The notes under the pieces were generated by a model. The model ran no database searches. It was not told where the DNA came from and saw only the letters and a program-made list of their open reading frames with translations. From Heteronotia binoei (lineage: Eukaryota): a DNA stretch of 64,000 nt. The position numbers and the translations under genes are program-made. Shown piece after piece: positions 20,822-32,335 of the stretch (position 1 is the stretch's first letter; each line of letters begins with the position of its first letter). Location: NCBI RefSeq assembly GCF_032191835.1, contig NC_083243.1:160828001-160892000 (forward strand). The letters are read 5' to 3'.

Positions 20822-21335
20822 TAACATAAGACAAGCCCTGCTGGATCAGACCAGTGGTCCATTCTGGTCCAACATCCTGTCTCACACAGTGGCCAACCAG
20901 TTCCACTGGAGGATCACGGCTCAGAGGCTGAGGCCTTCCCCTGAATTTGCCTGGCATAGGGATTCAGAGATTGGCTGCCTCTGAACATGGAGTTCCCTTT
21001 AATCATCATAGATAGTAGCCACTGAGAGACCCTATCTTCCATGAATCCATCTAATCCCCTTTAAAGCTACCTATCCCTGTGGCCACTTGCTGCATCCTCT
21101 GGCAGCGAATTCTACATTTTAATCACTCACTGTGTAAAGAAGTATTGCCCAACAACTTCATTGGATGCCCTTGAGTTCTAGTATTCTGGGAGACAGCAAA
21201 GTTTTTTGTCAACTCTCTCCACCCCATGCATACTTTTATAACCCACCGTCATGTTCCCTCTTAGTTGTCTCTTATCTAAATTGTGACGTTCCAGACTCTT
21301 CAGCCTCATAGGTAAGGTGCTCCAACCCCCTAATC
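20822..21335 (-). mobile_element. CR1 3' fragment (second subfamily)
   Basis: Minus frame LKSLERHNLDKRQLRGNMTVGYKSMHGVERVD. The 3' end cataagacaagccctgctggatcagacc is CR1-like. Confidence 0.75.
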
Positions 21336-21495
21336 TTTCTCTGATCCCTTCCATCCATTTATCTAACACACAACCTCTCCCCTTCCTCCCCCGCCCCCAG
21401 GGTGAAGGACCACCATTAGACGGAATCATCTTCAGTAACACACTCGCACTAAGACTATGACGCAATATGTTGCATTGGTGGAGGAAAAAACTTAC

Positions 21496-21693
21496 CTTCT
21501 TTGACAGTGAGCGTTGGAGTTAGCTTACTGGTATCTTTACTGAGCTCTCCCAGAAGCTTGGGAGAAATGGTGAGATAGTCACAGCCAGTGAGTGCTTTGA
21601 TTTCTCCAGTGTTTCGAAATGAAGCTCCCATCACGATAGTTTTGTAACCAAATTTTTTGTAGTAATTGTAGATTTTAGTGACACTTTTCACTC
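21496..21693 (-). CDS. TALDO1: Transaldolase exon 6, 198 nt
   Basis: AG/GT bounded. (G)[65 protein letters not shown]. Confidence 0.97.
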
Positions 21694-21786
21694 CTATAAA
21701 AACAATGAATGTAAAATGCAATGTTATTTCACCACTTTTCAAGAAACTTACTCCCCAAAGACAGCCATATGAACTGAAACAGTTAC

Positions 21787-21962
21787 CTGGGTCCTCTGAT
21801 GGCTCATAAGCTTTTTTGTCTGTATTTGCAACATGCCAATCCAGGATACGCCCAACAAAAGGTGAAATGAGTGTAACACCTGCCTCTGCACAGGCAACAG
21901 CCTGAGCAAAGGAAAACAGTAATGTCATGTTGCAGTGGATCCCATATTGTTCTTCGAGAACT
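21787..21962 (-). CDS. TALDO1: Transaldolase exon 5, 176 nt
   Basis: AG/GT bounded. [58 protein letters not shown]. Confidence 0.97.
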
Positions 21963-22227
21963 CTGTAAAGTAAGTTATCAAAGAAGAATTACTTTCCCTA
22001 CCAACAACACTCATACTAATAAAACAGCTACAGAATTTTTAATATAAACTATTTTTTAAAAAAAAATAACAGTTATGAAGCTTTATCTAGTATTTGCCCC
22101 ACTTAAAGACTAAGTTCTGAAAATGACTACACCAGAAAACATTACAGGGGTTCCAATCAAGACAGGTAAGCAAAGGTATGTGATATTAAATAGCTATTTT
22201 ACACCAATTCACCAGGTATAAACTTAC

Positions 22228-22359
22228 TTGCCAGCCTGGATGCCTTCCCATGTTGAAGACAGTTTGATAAGGATGCGGTCTTTACTAATTCCTACTTCCT
22301 TATAAAGATCTATGAAGTGTCTAGCCTTCTTAACCATGCCTTCCTTGTCAAATGACAAC
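22228..22359 (-). CDS. TALDO1: Transaldolase exon 4, 132 nt (Schiff-base lysine in [11 protein letters not shown])
   Basis: AG/GT bounded. [43 protein letters not shown]. Confidence 0.97.
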
Positions 22360-22983
22360 CTTTGGAATAAAGAGGATTTTTTGTTAAAGGTTACAAGCAT
22401 GCTTCATAATGTCCTTAAATACATATAACTCATGTTACTGTTATCTACCCCTGGGGTTGTTGGTTTTTTCACTAGAAACACAGTTCTGGCTGGCTTGGTG
22501 TCTGGGGGTGTGGCCTAATATGCAAATGAGTTTCTGCTGTTTTTTTCCCTACAAAAATAGCCCACCCCTCAAAAGAGGAGATGAGATCATGCTTATGTGC
22601 AGAGGAATAATTGTTTTTCTGACAAGCACCGACCCAATGGTAAGAAAGTTAACGGGCATCACTGCACTTCAACAGGTTTGCATTTTCAGAGATTTGCTCT
22701 ATCCAGTTACAGACTTCAGCCAAACACCACTTATGCCAGCAATGCATGGAATGAGAAGACTGCGTCACTCCTTTTTTTATCAAAACAGATGTGCTCATTT
22801 TCCTGACTGCATCACACATAAATATTATATACGCATTCTGTTCCATATAGGGAACAGTATAGGGAATGTATTGCCCAGCATGTGTACTTACAGAAAGTTA
22901 GCCCACTTGTACCCTTGCTCCCAGTTCTATGCAATCTTTATCTAAGGAATTTCAATTGACGAATGAAATCAGAAAATACACAC

Positions 22984-23091
22984 CTTGCATCTACCTCTGT
23001 GGACACACGGCCAGGTATTCTCTTCAATATTTCTCCACCAAATAATATAAAAAGCTTGTCACAAGCATTTGTAACCTGATCATCTTCTGAC
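22984..23091 (-). CDS. TALDO1: Transaldolase exon 3, 108 nt
   Basis: AG/GT bounded. [35 protein letters not shown](R). Confidence 0.97.
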
Positions 23092-24109
23092 CTGGAAATA
23101 TGAGAGAAAATGATAAAAACCTAGAAAAGAATGGAGTATGGTCGTTATGTAGGACAAATTTGCAACAACTAGCTTTAGTACCTTATGCTATGGACTGCTC
23201 TTGGTCTTTATCATTATAACCAAATCCCCTCACTTAAAGATGCTGAGGGATGGAATGAGTAAACTATAGAACATGGATTAAACCAATCATTAGAACTCTT
23301 GTGTTTTCTTTGAACTGCACTAGTTGAATTATGTCTCAATGCTACACATGAATCTTATACAATAGGGCTTTTTATGAGCTGGAACACACCAGAATGCAGT
23401 TCTGGCTGGGTTACCCAGTGCTCTGGCTCTGCCCTCTCCATTGCGCCCGGTCAGTGAGCTACAGCCACACTGTGACATCCATCCAGTCCCCAACTGTGGT
23501 CCTGCTGGCTGCCATGCCTCACTGCGTAGTTGGCGCACCGGAGAGGTGAGTCCACCATCGTATTTATGGCTGGAACCCATCCCCACTATGCCTGCCCTAC
23601 ACTGCCTCTGACCAGCCATGCCACTGCTGCAACCTCATCCTGGTTGGGCTGGTGCTTCTTCTGGTGCGTGCTGGGTGGCAGCCTGGTGGCTACCCATCCC
23701 TGCCAGCCCGCCTGCACCGTTGACTGCGCTGCCTGCAGCTGGGCCCGCCTTGGCCTGGCCCCAGCCCACCATCTTGCTGTAAGCAACTGCTGCTGCATGT
23801 CTTTGCACACCAGGGTGCCCGCTGGCAGACCCAGGCTTGGCTCAGCCTGCCGCTGTTACGTTCCGGAACAGGGTCCCTCCAAGTGCTGCCCCCCCTCGGC
23901 TGCTCCTGTGGGCTCCATCCACATGTTCAGCCTGGCTTAAAGGGCCAGGTGGGGTTTTTCTCCAGGCTAGCTGGAAAGTTTGTGCTGGTGAGAAAACTTA
24001 ACCAGATGAGACCTCTTGGGAACTCAGCACTTGTCCTGGTGTGGCAATTCTTGGCCTCATTCAGGACCAGTTTCAGGAGAGTAGCCATGTCCCTCCACAC
24101 CAGAAGAGG

Positions 24110-24235
24110 AAAATTCAAATCCAGGACCCCCTTAGAGACCAATAAGATTTTTGGTACTAATTTTCAAGCTCCCTTCATCAGATACAGCTTCCACTCTCAA
24201 AAGTCAATACCTGACAAATTCTGGTCCCTCCTGCT
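24110..24235 (-). mobile_element. Penelope-like element terminal-repeat remnant
   Basis: ttcaaatccaggacccccttagagaccaataagattttt...gctcccttcatcagatac resembles recalled squamate PLE termini, with an adjacent partial inverted copy. A related fragment lies at ~46675-46705. Confidence 0.55.
24154..24185 (-). ncRNA. Minimal type-I hammerhead ribozyme motif
   Basis: Minus strand GUAU-CUGAUGA-AGG GAG CUU-GAAA-AUU-A-GUAC: intact core boxes, 4-bp stem I, 3-bp stem II, palindromic AAUU stem III, UUA cleavage triplet. Confidence 0.5.
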
Positions 24236-24859
24236 GCCCTCTTAATACCTATTTGGTCTGCATTCACTGTGATATACCACAGAGGCAATCAACCTCTGAA
24301 TGCTGGTGCTAGAAAGGAACGTTAGGGGAAAAGCCTTTATGTCCAGTTTGTTGGAACTCCAGGGCAACAGATGAACTTCTGGCTTGATCCACAGGGCACT
24401 ACTTGTGCTCTTAGTCTCTGCTGGTGAATTTGGAATGGCACACTTCTCTAGGAGCAAAGAAACAAAACTTACGATTGTTTGTTTTCTTTGGAACTACCTG
24501 CCAGAGGAGATTAGAAAGGCCACTTCCCTCCTTTAGTTTAAGAAGGGATGTAAGCCATCTTTCTGGAGTGCAGCCTTTGACTGATTCATTGCTGAATGCT
24601 CAGAAAATTGTCTTTAGAAGAGTGACAGCATCAGAAAAAAGTTGAAAGTAATTTCTAGTCTGAATTCTGTTGCTGATGGCTTTATTGATCTGTTTTTGAA
24701 CATTGTAGTACTCTTTTAAATGACTGTTGTATGAAATGTGGTCTAAATTTTTATTAGTTTTGTTTACTGTGAGATAGGTTACACTGAGTGTGTGTGACTG
24801 GCTCATGGTCACTCAGGAAGGTATCATGGCAGAATGAGAATTCCAAACCTGTTTTCCCA

Positions 24860-24992
24860 GGTAAATGCTGTTAACCAGCATCAATCACCCAAAACTCGGG
24901 CGTGGCTGGATGAACGCACTTTTGGTGATGTCAGGGTGTCTGGCCTAATATGCTAATGAGTTCCTGCTGTGCTTTTTCTACCAAAAAAGCCC
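24860..24992 (-). mobile_element. hAT-like MITE end (cagggcttttttggtag family)
   Basis: taatatgctaatgagttcctgctgtgctttttctaccaaaaaagccctg. Related ends at ~22490-22563 and 51023. Confidence 0.6.
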
Positions 24993-25269
24993 TGATAATA
25001 ATTATATCTTTTAAGAACTTTCAATTTTTATGTTTAAAGAACTTTACACACTCAGAATTTTGGGTGTCAGAACTCTTGAGTGTTCTTTGAACTGTACTTG
25101 TTGAATTATGTTTAAATATTTTTTGTACTAGTTGTCATGTCTCTTTAAGAACTTTAGACACTTAGCTGTGATTGGTTTGGGAATCTTCAAACTCACCATG
25201 CTATGAAAATGCTGAGCACAATGTGAGCATAATGTGACTCATTGAACATTCTGAGTGGTCTTTGCAATT

Positions 25270-25580
25270 TAAAATTCAAAATTTAAAATCTACAACTGAG
25301 AACTGATACATTGCCTTGGGGCTCTACAGAACCGGTGAGTAACTTATGGTGTGATCTAATTCAATATTTATGGTATTTAGGCTTTATATAGGCTTTTCTT
25401 ACAGCGTAGCTTATTGCTTGAGTTATACTGAAGCTTTTTGCCTTTTAAAACTCAAAATTTAAAATCTACAACTGAGAATTGATACATTGCCTTGGAGCTC
25501 TATAGAGCTGTGTGGCTTATTGCCTGACTTATACTGAGGCTTTTCTCCTTACTGAAATACTGAAGCTTTTTGCTGTACTG
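25270..25580 (+). repeat. Local tandem duplication (~175-bp period)
   Basis: aaaatttaaaatctacaactgagaa(c/t)tgatacattgccttgg occurs at ~25278 and ~25454, and the ttatactga(a/g)gctttt unit recurs. Confidence 0.85.
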
Positions 25581-26080
25581 GAATTTACCTCTTATGAGGT
25601 GGGACGTTCTCCCTTCAGTGGTGGTGGAAGGGGAATACAAAAAAGTGCCGTTCCAAGAACGATTTGTCCCTGCTGCTGCAATGGTATCGAATCTCTAGTC
25701 CATGTCATATTTGACTGTGAGGCTTATAATGATCATAGAGAAGTACTTCCATTTTCCACGGCCATACCTTTTACCAGTAGCCAAAAATTGCAACTCCTTA
25801 AGAATCTTCTTAGTGATAGGAACCCTGAGGTTACATACAAATTAGCAAAATTTAGCTGGCTTGCCACAAGAATAAGGAAAACTCTAATGATTCAGTCAGG
25901 GAATGGCTAAACACCTTTGTCAATCTGTTGGCTGTAACTGCAATGTTTTGTTATATATGTAGTTTTATAACAGTATTTTATGCTTTTTATGTATGATTTT
26001 ATGGACAATTAGTTTTAATTTTGTATGATTTTACTGCTTTAAATGCTGGCTTAGGCAGGGAATAAATAATTTATTTATTA
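25580..26080 (+). mobile_element. RTEX-like LINE 3' end
   Basis: ORF 25512-25910 contains RTICPCCCNGIESLVHVIFDCEAYNDHR (CxxC..E...H...C..Y...R C-terminal motif), followed by an AT-rich tail with aataaat repeats. Confidence 0.65.
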
Positions 26081-26721
26081 AGGGAAGAAACAAAGAGGTC
26101 TAGACAGGGTTTTTAGTTCATCCTTGGTTTTAACACTAATTTTACATCTTCAGTGTCAGCGTCTTAAAGTCTGTATTGGTATTTTATGTATATTTTAGGT
26201 GGTATCATATTTTAGTGTATAATAATTATTGTATATTTATATCACCTTTTATTGGTTATGAATTGGACTTTTATTAATTGTTTGCTGGTCTATGACAGTT
26301 ATAAATAAATAAATAAAAACTAATCACACAATTGCATGTGCAATAACTTACCTGTGCTGAGGAAGATTCACATCTTTGAAACGTGGGACTCCCAGTCCCT
26401 GGTTGGATCAATTTATTCTTGGATTAAGGCATTCTGAATCGTATATTGGAATCGTATATTGGATCTTGTGAACTTTAATACCTTATTCAGACTGAGTTTC
26501 TGAATTCTATTAAGTTTCTGATTAGTTGTTATTCTCTTTTGTATATGACAGTTGTCGTCTTTGGATTATTTGTGTTATAGATTTTTGTATAAGGGCTTCC
26601 ATTTTTCCTTATATTTACTAATAATATATGTTTTTGACAATATTTATTTTTTGTTATTACTGCTCATCTAATTACAGTTTGTATTTTTGTTGGTTTACTT
26701 GCTTGTAACTGCAGTTCCTCT

Positions 26722-26964
26722 AGGTCAGGCCAAACTTGCTTAATGTAAGAGCCACAAAGAATAGATGTTTGAGAGCTGCAAGATGTGAACATCAGATGTA
26801 GGTAGGTAGGAAGGAAAAGATGGGAGAGGGAGACAGAGGTGGAAAAAAACAACCTTAACTTTAAATGCCTTCTCCAAGCCATTAGCTGAATGGAACTTTG
26901 AGAGCCAAACAATGTGTGTGAAAGAGTCAAATGTGGCTCCTGAGCCACAGTTTGGCCACCCCTG
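26722..26964. mobile_element. hAT MITE
   Basis: Right end gtttggccacccctg and degenerate left end ggtcaggccaaac. ctctag on both flanks. Confidence 0.55.
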
Positions 26965-27072
26965 CTCTAGGCTATAGTGAACTACAGTACAGCAGGGATT
27001 AAGGAAACAAAGGCCAATAATATAACCAAACATTTGCAACTGCAAGTTTAAGTATTAATAGGGCTTACTCAC

Positions 27073-27196
27073 CCACCAAGTTCTTTTCCATATGCAATAG
27101 CATCTTCCACTAACTGCTGGTAAGATGGCATCTGGGCAGCAGCCAGTATCAGGGAAGGATTGGTAGTAGCATCCAAAGGCTTATATTCCTCAATGG
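27073..27196 (-). CDS. TALDO1: Transaldolase exon 2, 124 nt
   Basis: AG/GT bounded. (A)[40 protein letters not shown](G), with the DATTNPSL signature. Confidence 0.97.
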
Positions 27197-28361
27197 CTTT
27201 GGAAATAAAAAGCAGCTTTCACTATTTATCCATTTAATCTAGGAATTCCTGTATCTGTACAAACCCAATGTCAACCCAGTGTGCCACAATAGTGAAAAGG
27301 ACAAACTCTATGCTAGGGATTACTAGGAAAGGGATTTAAAATAAAACAGCCAAATTATAATGCCCCTGTGTAGATTTATGATACACCCTGGATCCGCTGC
27401 ATTCACTTTGCACTGCAGCGCAAAGAGAGAAGAGTTAGTTTTCATCATAAGAGCTGAAGCTGAGTTTTTCTGGGTGCATCTGCTTCGGTAGGCTATAACT
27501 CAGACATTCCAAATCCAATCTTTGTCAAACTTGGAGGGCAGGTGGAGGAGAGCCTGCTGAAGGTTCCTGGTGAGTTTTACACCTCCCAAACTAAATGAAC
27601 CATGAATTGGGTCAGAAGTCAAACAAATCACAAAACAAACCACCATTTTCCCCACTGCCTGTCCACAGTCTCAAATATTGTGTTACCTAGTAATCCTATA
27701 ATGCTAATTGTAATCTTTTGAGATCTCTGCCAGCATTGTTTAAAATTCTAATTTGTGTGTCAGTACAGTCTTTGTTTCTCTACTTGTGGGTGGGTTAAAC
27801 CCACAATTTTATCGTGTGAGATTACAGAGTGAAATACATCTGACTCTATTGACTTGATTTTTTAAAAAAATCTGGACTGTAAAGTCAACTTTGGAACTAG
27901 CTACATGACTGGGCTGTTTCAACTGATAATTTTTAAGTCAACATTTTTTATGTTTGCTAATGCTATCTCTTCAGAACATGGTTAAAACTGGAACACTAAT
28001 AAATCTCTGCTGTTTGCACAGCTTGGCGAGTAATCAACATGTTCAGAACAAAAATAAAGCTTTAGGACTAGTATTTAAATACTTTCCTCCTCAAGCTTTT
28101 GGACATGAGCACACTTGATGGATAAATTCTATTTGTTAAGACTAAAAAGAAAACAGTCCAGATATTCAACCTACCTAAGAACTTCCCTGTTTATAAAGAA
28201 TAAGGAAGTGCTACATACATCATTTCCCCACCTCAGTACTATATGCCATTTCCTCTTAACTTTATTACTTTGTCACACAGATATACCCAAAATTCTGGTT
28301 TCATCCTGCAACATACAGGTACTGCCTGAACAAATAACAGATTCCCATCATTTACCACAAG

Positions 28362-31300
28362 AAAACGAAGTTACACTGACCTGTAACTATTATTCATCCA
28401 TTACTTTCTGTGCACACACAAGGACCACATGAATGGTCAGATAGGTCTTTATAGCTAAAAGCCTCTGGGGGCACTGCATCCCAGAGCCAGAATCTTGTTC
28501 CCATCTAGGGACCACATGCTCCTGCATAGCAGCATACCCCTACCCTCAATACCTCTAGTGCCACTGAAGCCAGAGCATGCAGTGGAGCAGGAGAGAATGT
28601 ATGTGTGCCTGCACAGAAGATATTCAATGAACAACAGTTACAGGTAAGTGCAACTTTGTTTTCAACATTGATCTTTTGTACAGTCCCACATGAGGATTCT
28701 AGCAAGCTACTCACAGGTGGTTGGGCATGCTCTTCTCACTTGAAAAGTGAATGAAGACCTGCCTTGCCTACTTGAGCGTTATGTCTCACCTGCAGATTCA
28801 AAATGTAGTGATGTACAAATGTGTCTGCAGTTCTCCCTCAAAGGCACTTCATCCAGGAAAGCTGTGGAGAAGCCATAGCCCTAGTGCAGGCGTCCCCAAC
28901 CACCAGGTCATGGACTGGTACTGGACTGTGGCCTGCTAGCAACCGGGCCGCGGAGCAAGGCAGAGAGCAGCCCCGGACTAAAGAGGTTGCAGGGGAGGCA
29001 ACCTCAGAGTGAGGCCACACCGCCTCTTTCAACCACCCAGGTCCTGGACCGGCAGAAGGGGCAGCACTGCTGTGGCCTTAGCCTTCCCCTCATTTATAGA
29101 CTTCCACCTATCAACTGATTGGCAGGAGTCTTTAAATGGGAGGGGGAGGCAGAAACAGCCCAAGTCTCCCCCCATTTAGAGACCCCCATAGGGGACAGGG
29201 ATGTGGCATGGGCGGGGGCAGCCTGGGGTGGCAAAACCCCCAGTGCCGCCTCCCCCACTGGTCCCTGGAAAGATTGTCTTCCATGAAACCGGTCCCTGAT
29301 GCCAAAAAGGTTGGGGGCCAATGCCCTAGTGGAATGGGCATGATTGTTCTATAGGCATGGCAATCTGGCCCTATCATAACACTCCCTAATGGTCCTGACA
29401 ATCCACTGGGACAGGGTCTGAGATGGTGTTCTCCTACTCTCAGGGCCACTAAAACAAATGGCTCTATTCCTGCAAAACTTCAGGGTTCTGAGGTAAAATA
29501 ATAATGCCCTCCTAACAAAGGATACAATAAACACTCATTCACAGAGCTTGGTGCAGGAAAAAATATGGGCAAAACAATATCTTGGGATAAGCGGAACATA
29601 GAAACTACCTAGGAATACCTTCAGAAAGAGAGGATATCTATCTGAAGAGCTGCTGGCTCACCCACTCACCTGGCTGAGGTAACAGCTACTAGGAAACACA
29701 CCTTCATAGAAAGTTCTGCCAAGGAACAGGTAGCAAGCGATTCAAAAGGCTTGAGCATTAACTGTGCTAACATAACAGATAAAAGACCACTGGGGCATTA
29801 AAGGATCCCAGGGCAGGCAGAGATTGCCTAACCCTTTAAGAAATCTCTTAGACAAAGGATGGGAGAAAACGGATCCTTCCTCAGTTCGTCTGTGATAGCA
29901 AGAGATAGCAGCCAGGTGAACCTTCAAAGAAGAAAACACCAGGCCCTCAGTTTTCAGGTATAAATATAATAAATAATCAAATATGACTTGCAACAGGGCA
30001 CTACCTGGCAACACATCCTCACTACATCAGAGGGAGAACAGCCTCCACTTGTATGTATAGGATTTCGTAGTGTTAAGTTTGTGTGACTGCAGGAGGACAT
30101 CACTAACTTCCTTAGAAAATATTAGGTCTCTGTTTGAAGCCTCCGAGCCATCAGGTTAATGCGGTTCAGACTGCGATGAAGCACCTGGTTGATGCTGATT
30201 ATATCTAGTCATTTTGGTAGAGAAAGAAACTGGCTCTGGGAGATCTCCATAAGGACTGGCAACCATATCTGATGAGGCCAAAAGGGTGATACCGGGATCA
30301 TATTTGATCTCTCCCTACTGTCTATTCCCCTGATAGGGAGTGGGAGTGGAGGGAATGCGTAAACAAACAGGGCTTGCTGTCAACATAGCTGAAACACATC
30401 CCTTGGGGAACCAATTCTTACTCTTGCTTGAGAACATAATCTTACAGCTGTCTTGTTTTCTCATGTCACATAAAGACTGACATCCAGCACCCCCAGAGGA
30501 TAAAAAACAGCTCCAGGTAAGTGGCCTTTATGGACCACTCGTGGGAGTGTGTTCCAGCTTCCCAGGGATGTGGATAGTTTGACTCAAAACATTGAGCTTC
30601 ACCACTATGTCCCATGTAAAAATAGCTTTCTGATATAGACCTCTGGACCCTGTACTTCCCTGCTTTTAAAAATAAAACATTGTACATTGTAACTGTATTT
30701 TCTGTCTGGACAAGAATGGATCAGTTTCAACGATATCTGAAAAACAACTAAGGTCATAATGCACTGCTTGCAATTCTGAAATGTTAACATGCAGCAGCTT
30801 CTCATCTTCTAACCAAGTACCCCTAGCTGACAATTCATCATAGTGGGTGCCCCAACTGAAGAGCAAAGAATCCATAGTAAGAATGCTACCCCATGTTCAG
30901 AAACTTGAAAGGAAATCCCTTTAAAATAAATTATCCATGGAAGACTACCCCAATAAAGAATGTATGACAGGTCCGGGAATAGAGAATCTGGGCCATGAGG
31001 CATTAACCCCAGCTCTATAACAAGACAGAAACCAGATCTGCTGGGATCACATATATAACCTAGCCATATGTAGGACTGTGATGGTAGAAGCCATATATCC
31101 CAAAAGCCACAGAATTTTCCAAACCAATTTGAACTATCTCACCAAGACAAAAATAGCCTGTACCTTTTAGTGAGATAGGAAACTTTTCCACACTAGGGAA
31201 TCCAGCATAGCTCCGACAACCTGTACCCTTTGAGATGGAACTAAATGTGATTTATCCCATTTTACCAGGAGTCCTAGTCCTTGACAGGCCTCCAGGACAA

Positions 31301-32335
31301 AAGTGCAATAATTCAACAATCGGTCCTTGGAATTTGCCACCATTAACCAGTCATATATATGGAATATATAGCAACCCCACATTCAGAGGTAAGCAATAAC
31401 CAGGGTTAATTAGAAAATACTCTGGGTACAGTGGTGAAACCAAAGAGTAGGATTCTGTAGTTCCCCACATGAAAAATGCAAGAACCTATGATGTCGAGGG
31501 TGGATTGAAACATGATTTGAAGGCATCCTTCAAATCAATAGCAAGGAACCAACAATTAAATTGTAATAATTGAAACATGAAGAAAAGTGTTTAATTTTCT
31601 GAGGTCTAAAATGGATCTAACTCACCCATCTTTCTTATCTACTTGGAATATGAGAGAAGAAACCCTCTGATGCCTGAGACACCATAACCTCCTGTATGGT
31701 ACCCTTGTCAATTAGGGAGGCCAAAGTCTGGGCAACACCCAAATCTGTTTGGTTAGATCCCCTTAAAGGTAAACAGCAATGGGGAATATACTCAAATTCT
31801 AATCTGTAACCAAATTAACTATGAACAAAACCCACTCATTGGAAGTAATAGTCTCCCACGCCGTAGAAAACTGAGCTGGCCTGTCCTGAACTTTACAGGG
31901 GCTGGCAATTAACATAGTCAGAAGGATGACTTCTGGGATGAAGATGCTTCTTTGGAGGAGGGCGGTTAATGCTTCAACCTAGACCAGTTGGAACCCTTAT
32001 GCCTATGGTTACCCTGCTGTGGGGTAAATGGCTTAAGGGGAGGATACTGAGACCCCAAGGGACTAGAAAAGCAGCAGTCCCTTTGATATGAGTGTCAGGG
32101 CTGTCTCACAAAGGATCTCCATTTAAATTGGGATGTGGACAAATGAGAGACTCCTAGGGTCAGTTGTATGTTTGTTCTTTATCACGGAGAGCACCTCATC
32201 TGCTTTGGAAGAGAAGAGCATGAAACCTTCAAAAAGTAAACCCTCAACTTTAAGTCTGATCTCCAAAGGCAAGGCTGTTGATCTTAACCACACATGACAC
32301 CTGGGTACGATGGAGCTCATCATGGCCCATGCAGC
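28362..32335 (-). mobile_element. Old, decayed DIRS1-type tyrosine-recombinase retrotransposon in TALDO1 intron 1
   Basis: Minus-strand fragments in order: gag (CHVWLRS..LPLEIRLKVEGL.FEG), RT (IYDWLMVA...KSHLVPSQ), RNase H (WGTH...HVNISELQAV), YR (SSLKVHLAAIS; VRRALLFYL; HSTRA; TFVHHY). ICR at 28601-28692 is complementary to the 3' terminus at 28362-28420. Confidence 0.85.
28887..29323. mobile_element. hAT MITE inserted in the HSTRA motif of the old DIRS recombinase
   Basis: TIR-like ends caggcgtccccaacc / ggttgggggccaatg and an exact 8-bp TSD ccctagtg at 28879-28886 and 29324-29331. Confidence 0.85.

Noticed and set aside
26352-26390. Second hammerhead-like motif CTGAGGA...GAAACGTG on the + strand
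   Set aside because: Stem II has two unpaired T before GAAA and position 17 is G (not a cleavable NUH). At most a dead Penelope-like remnant.
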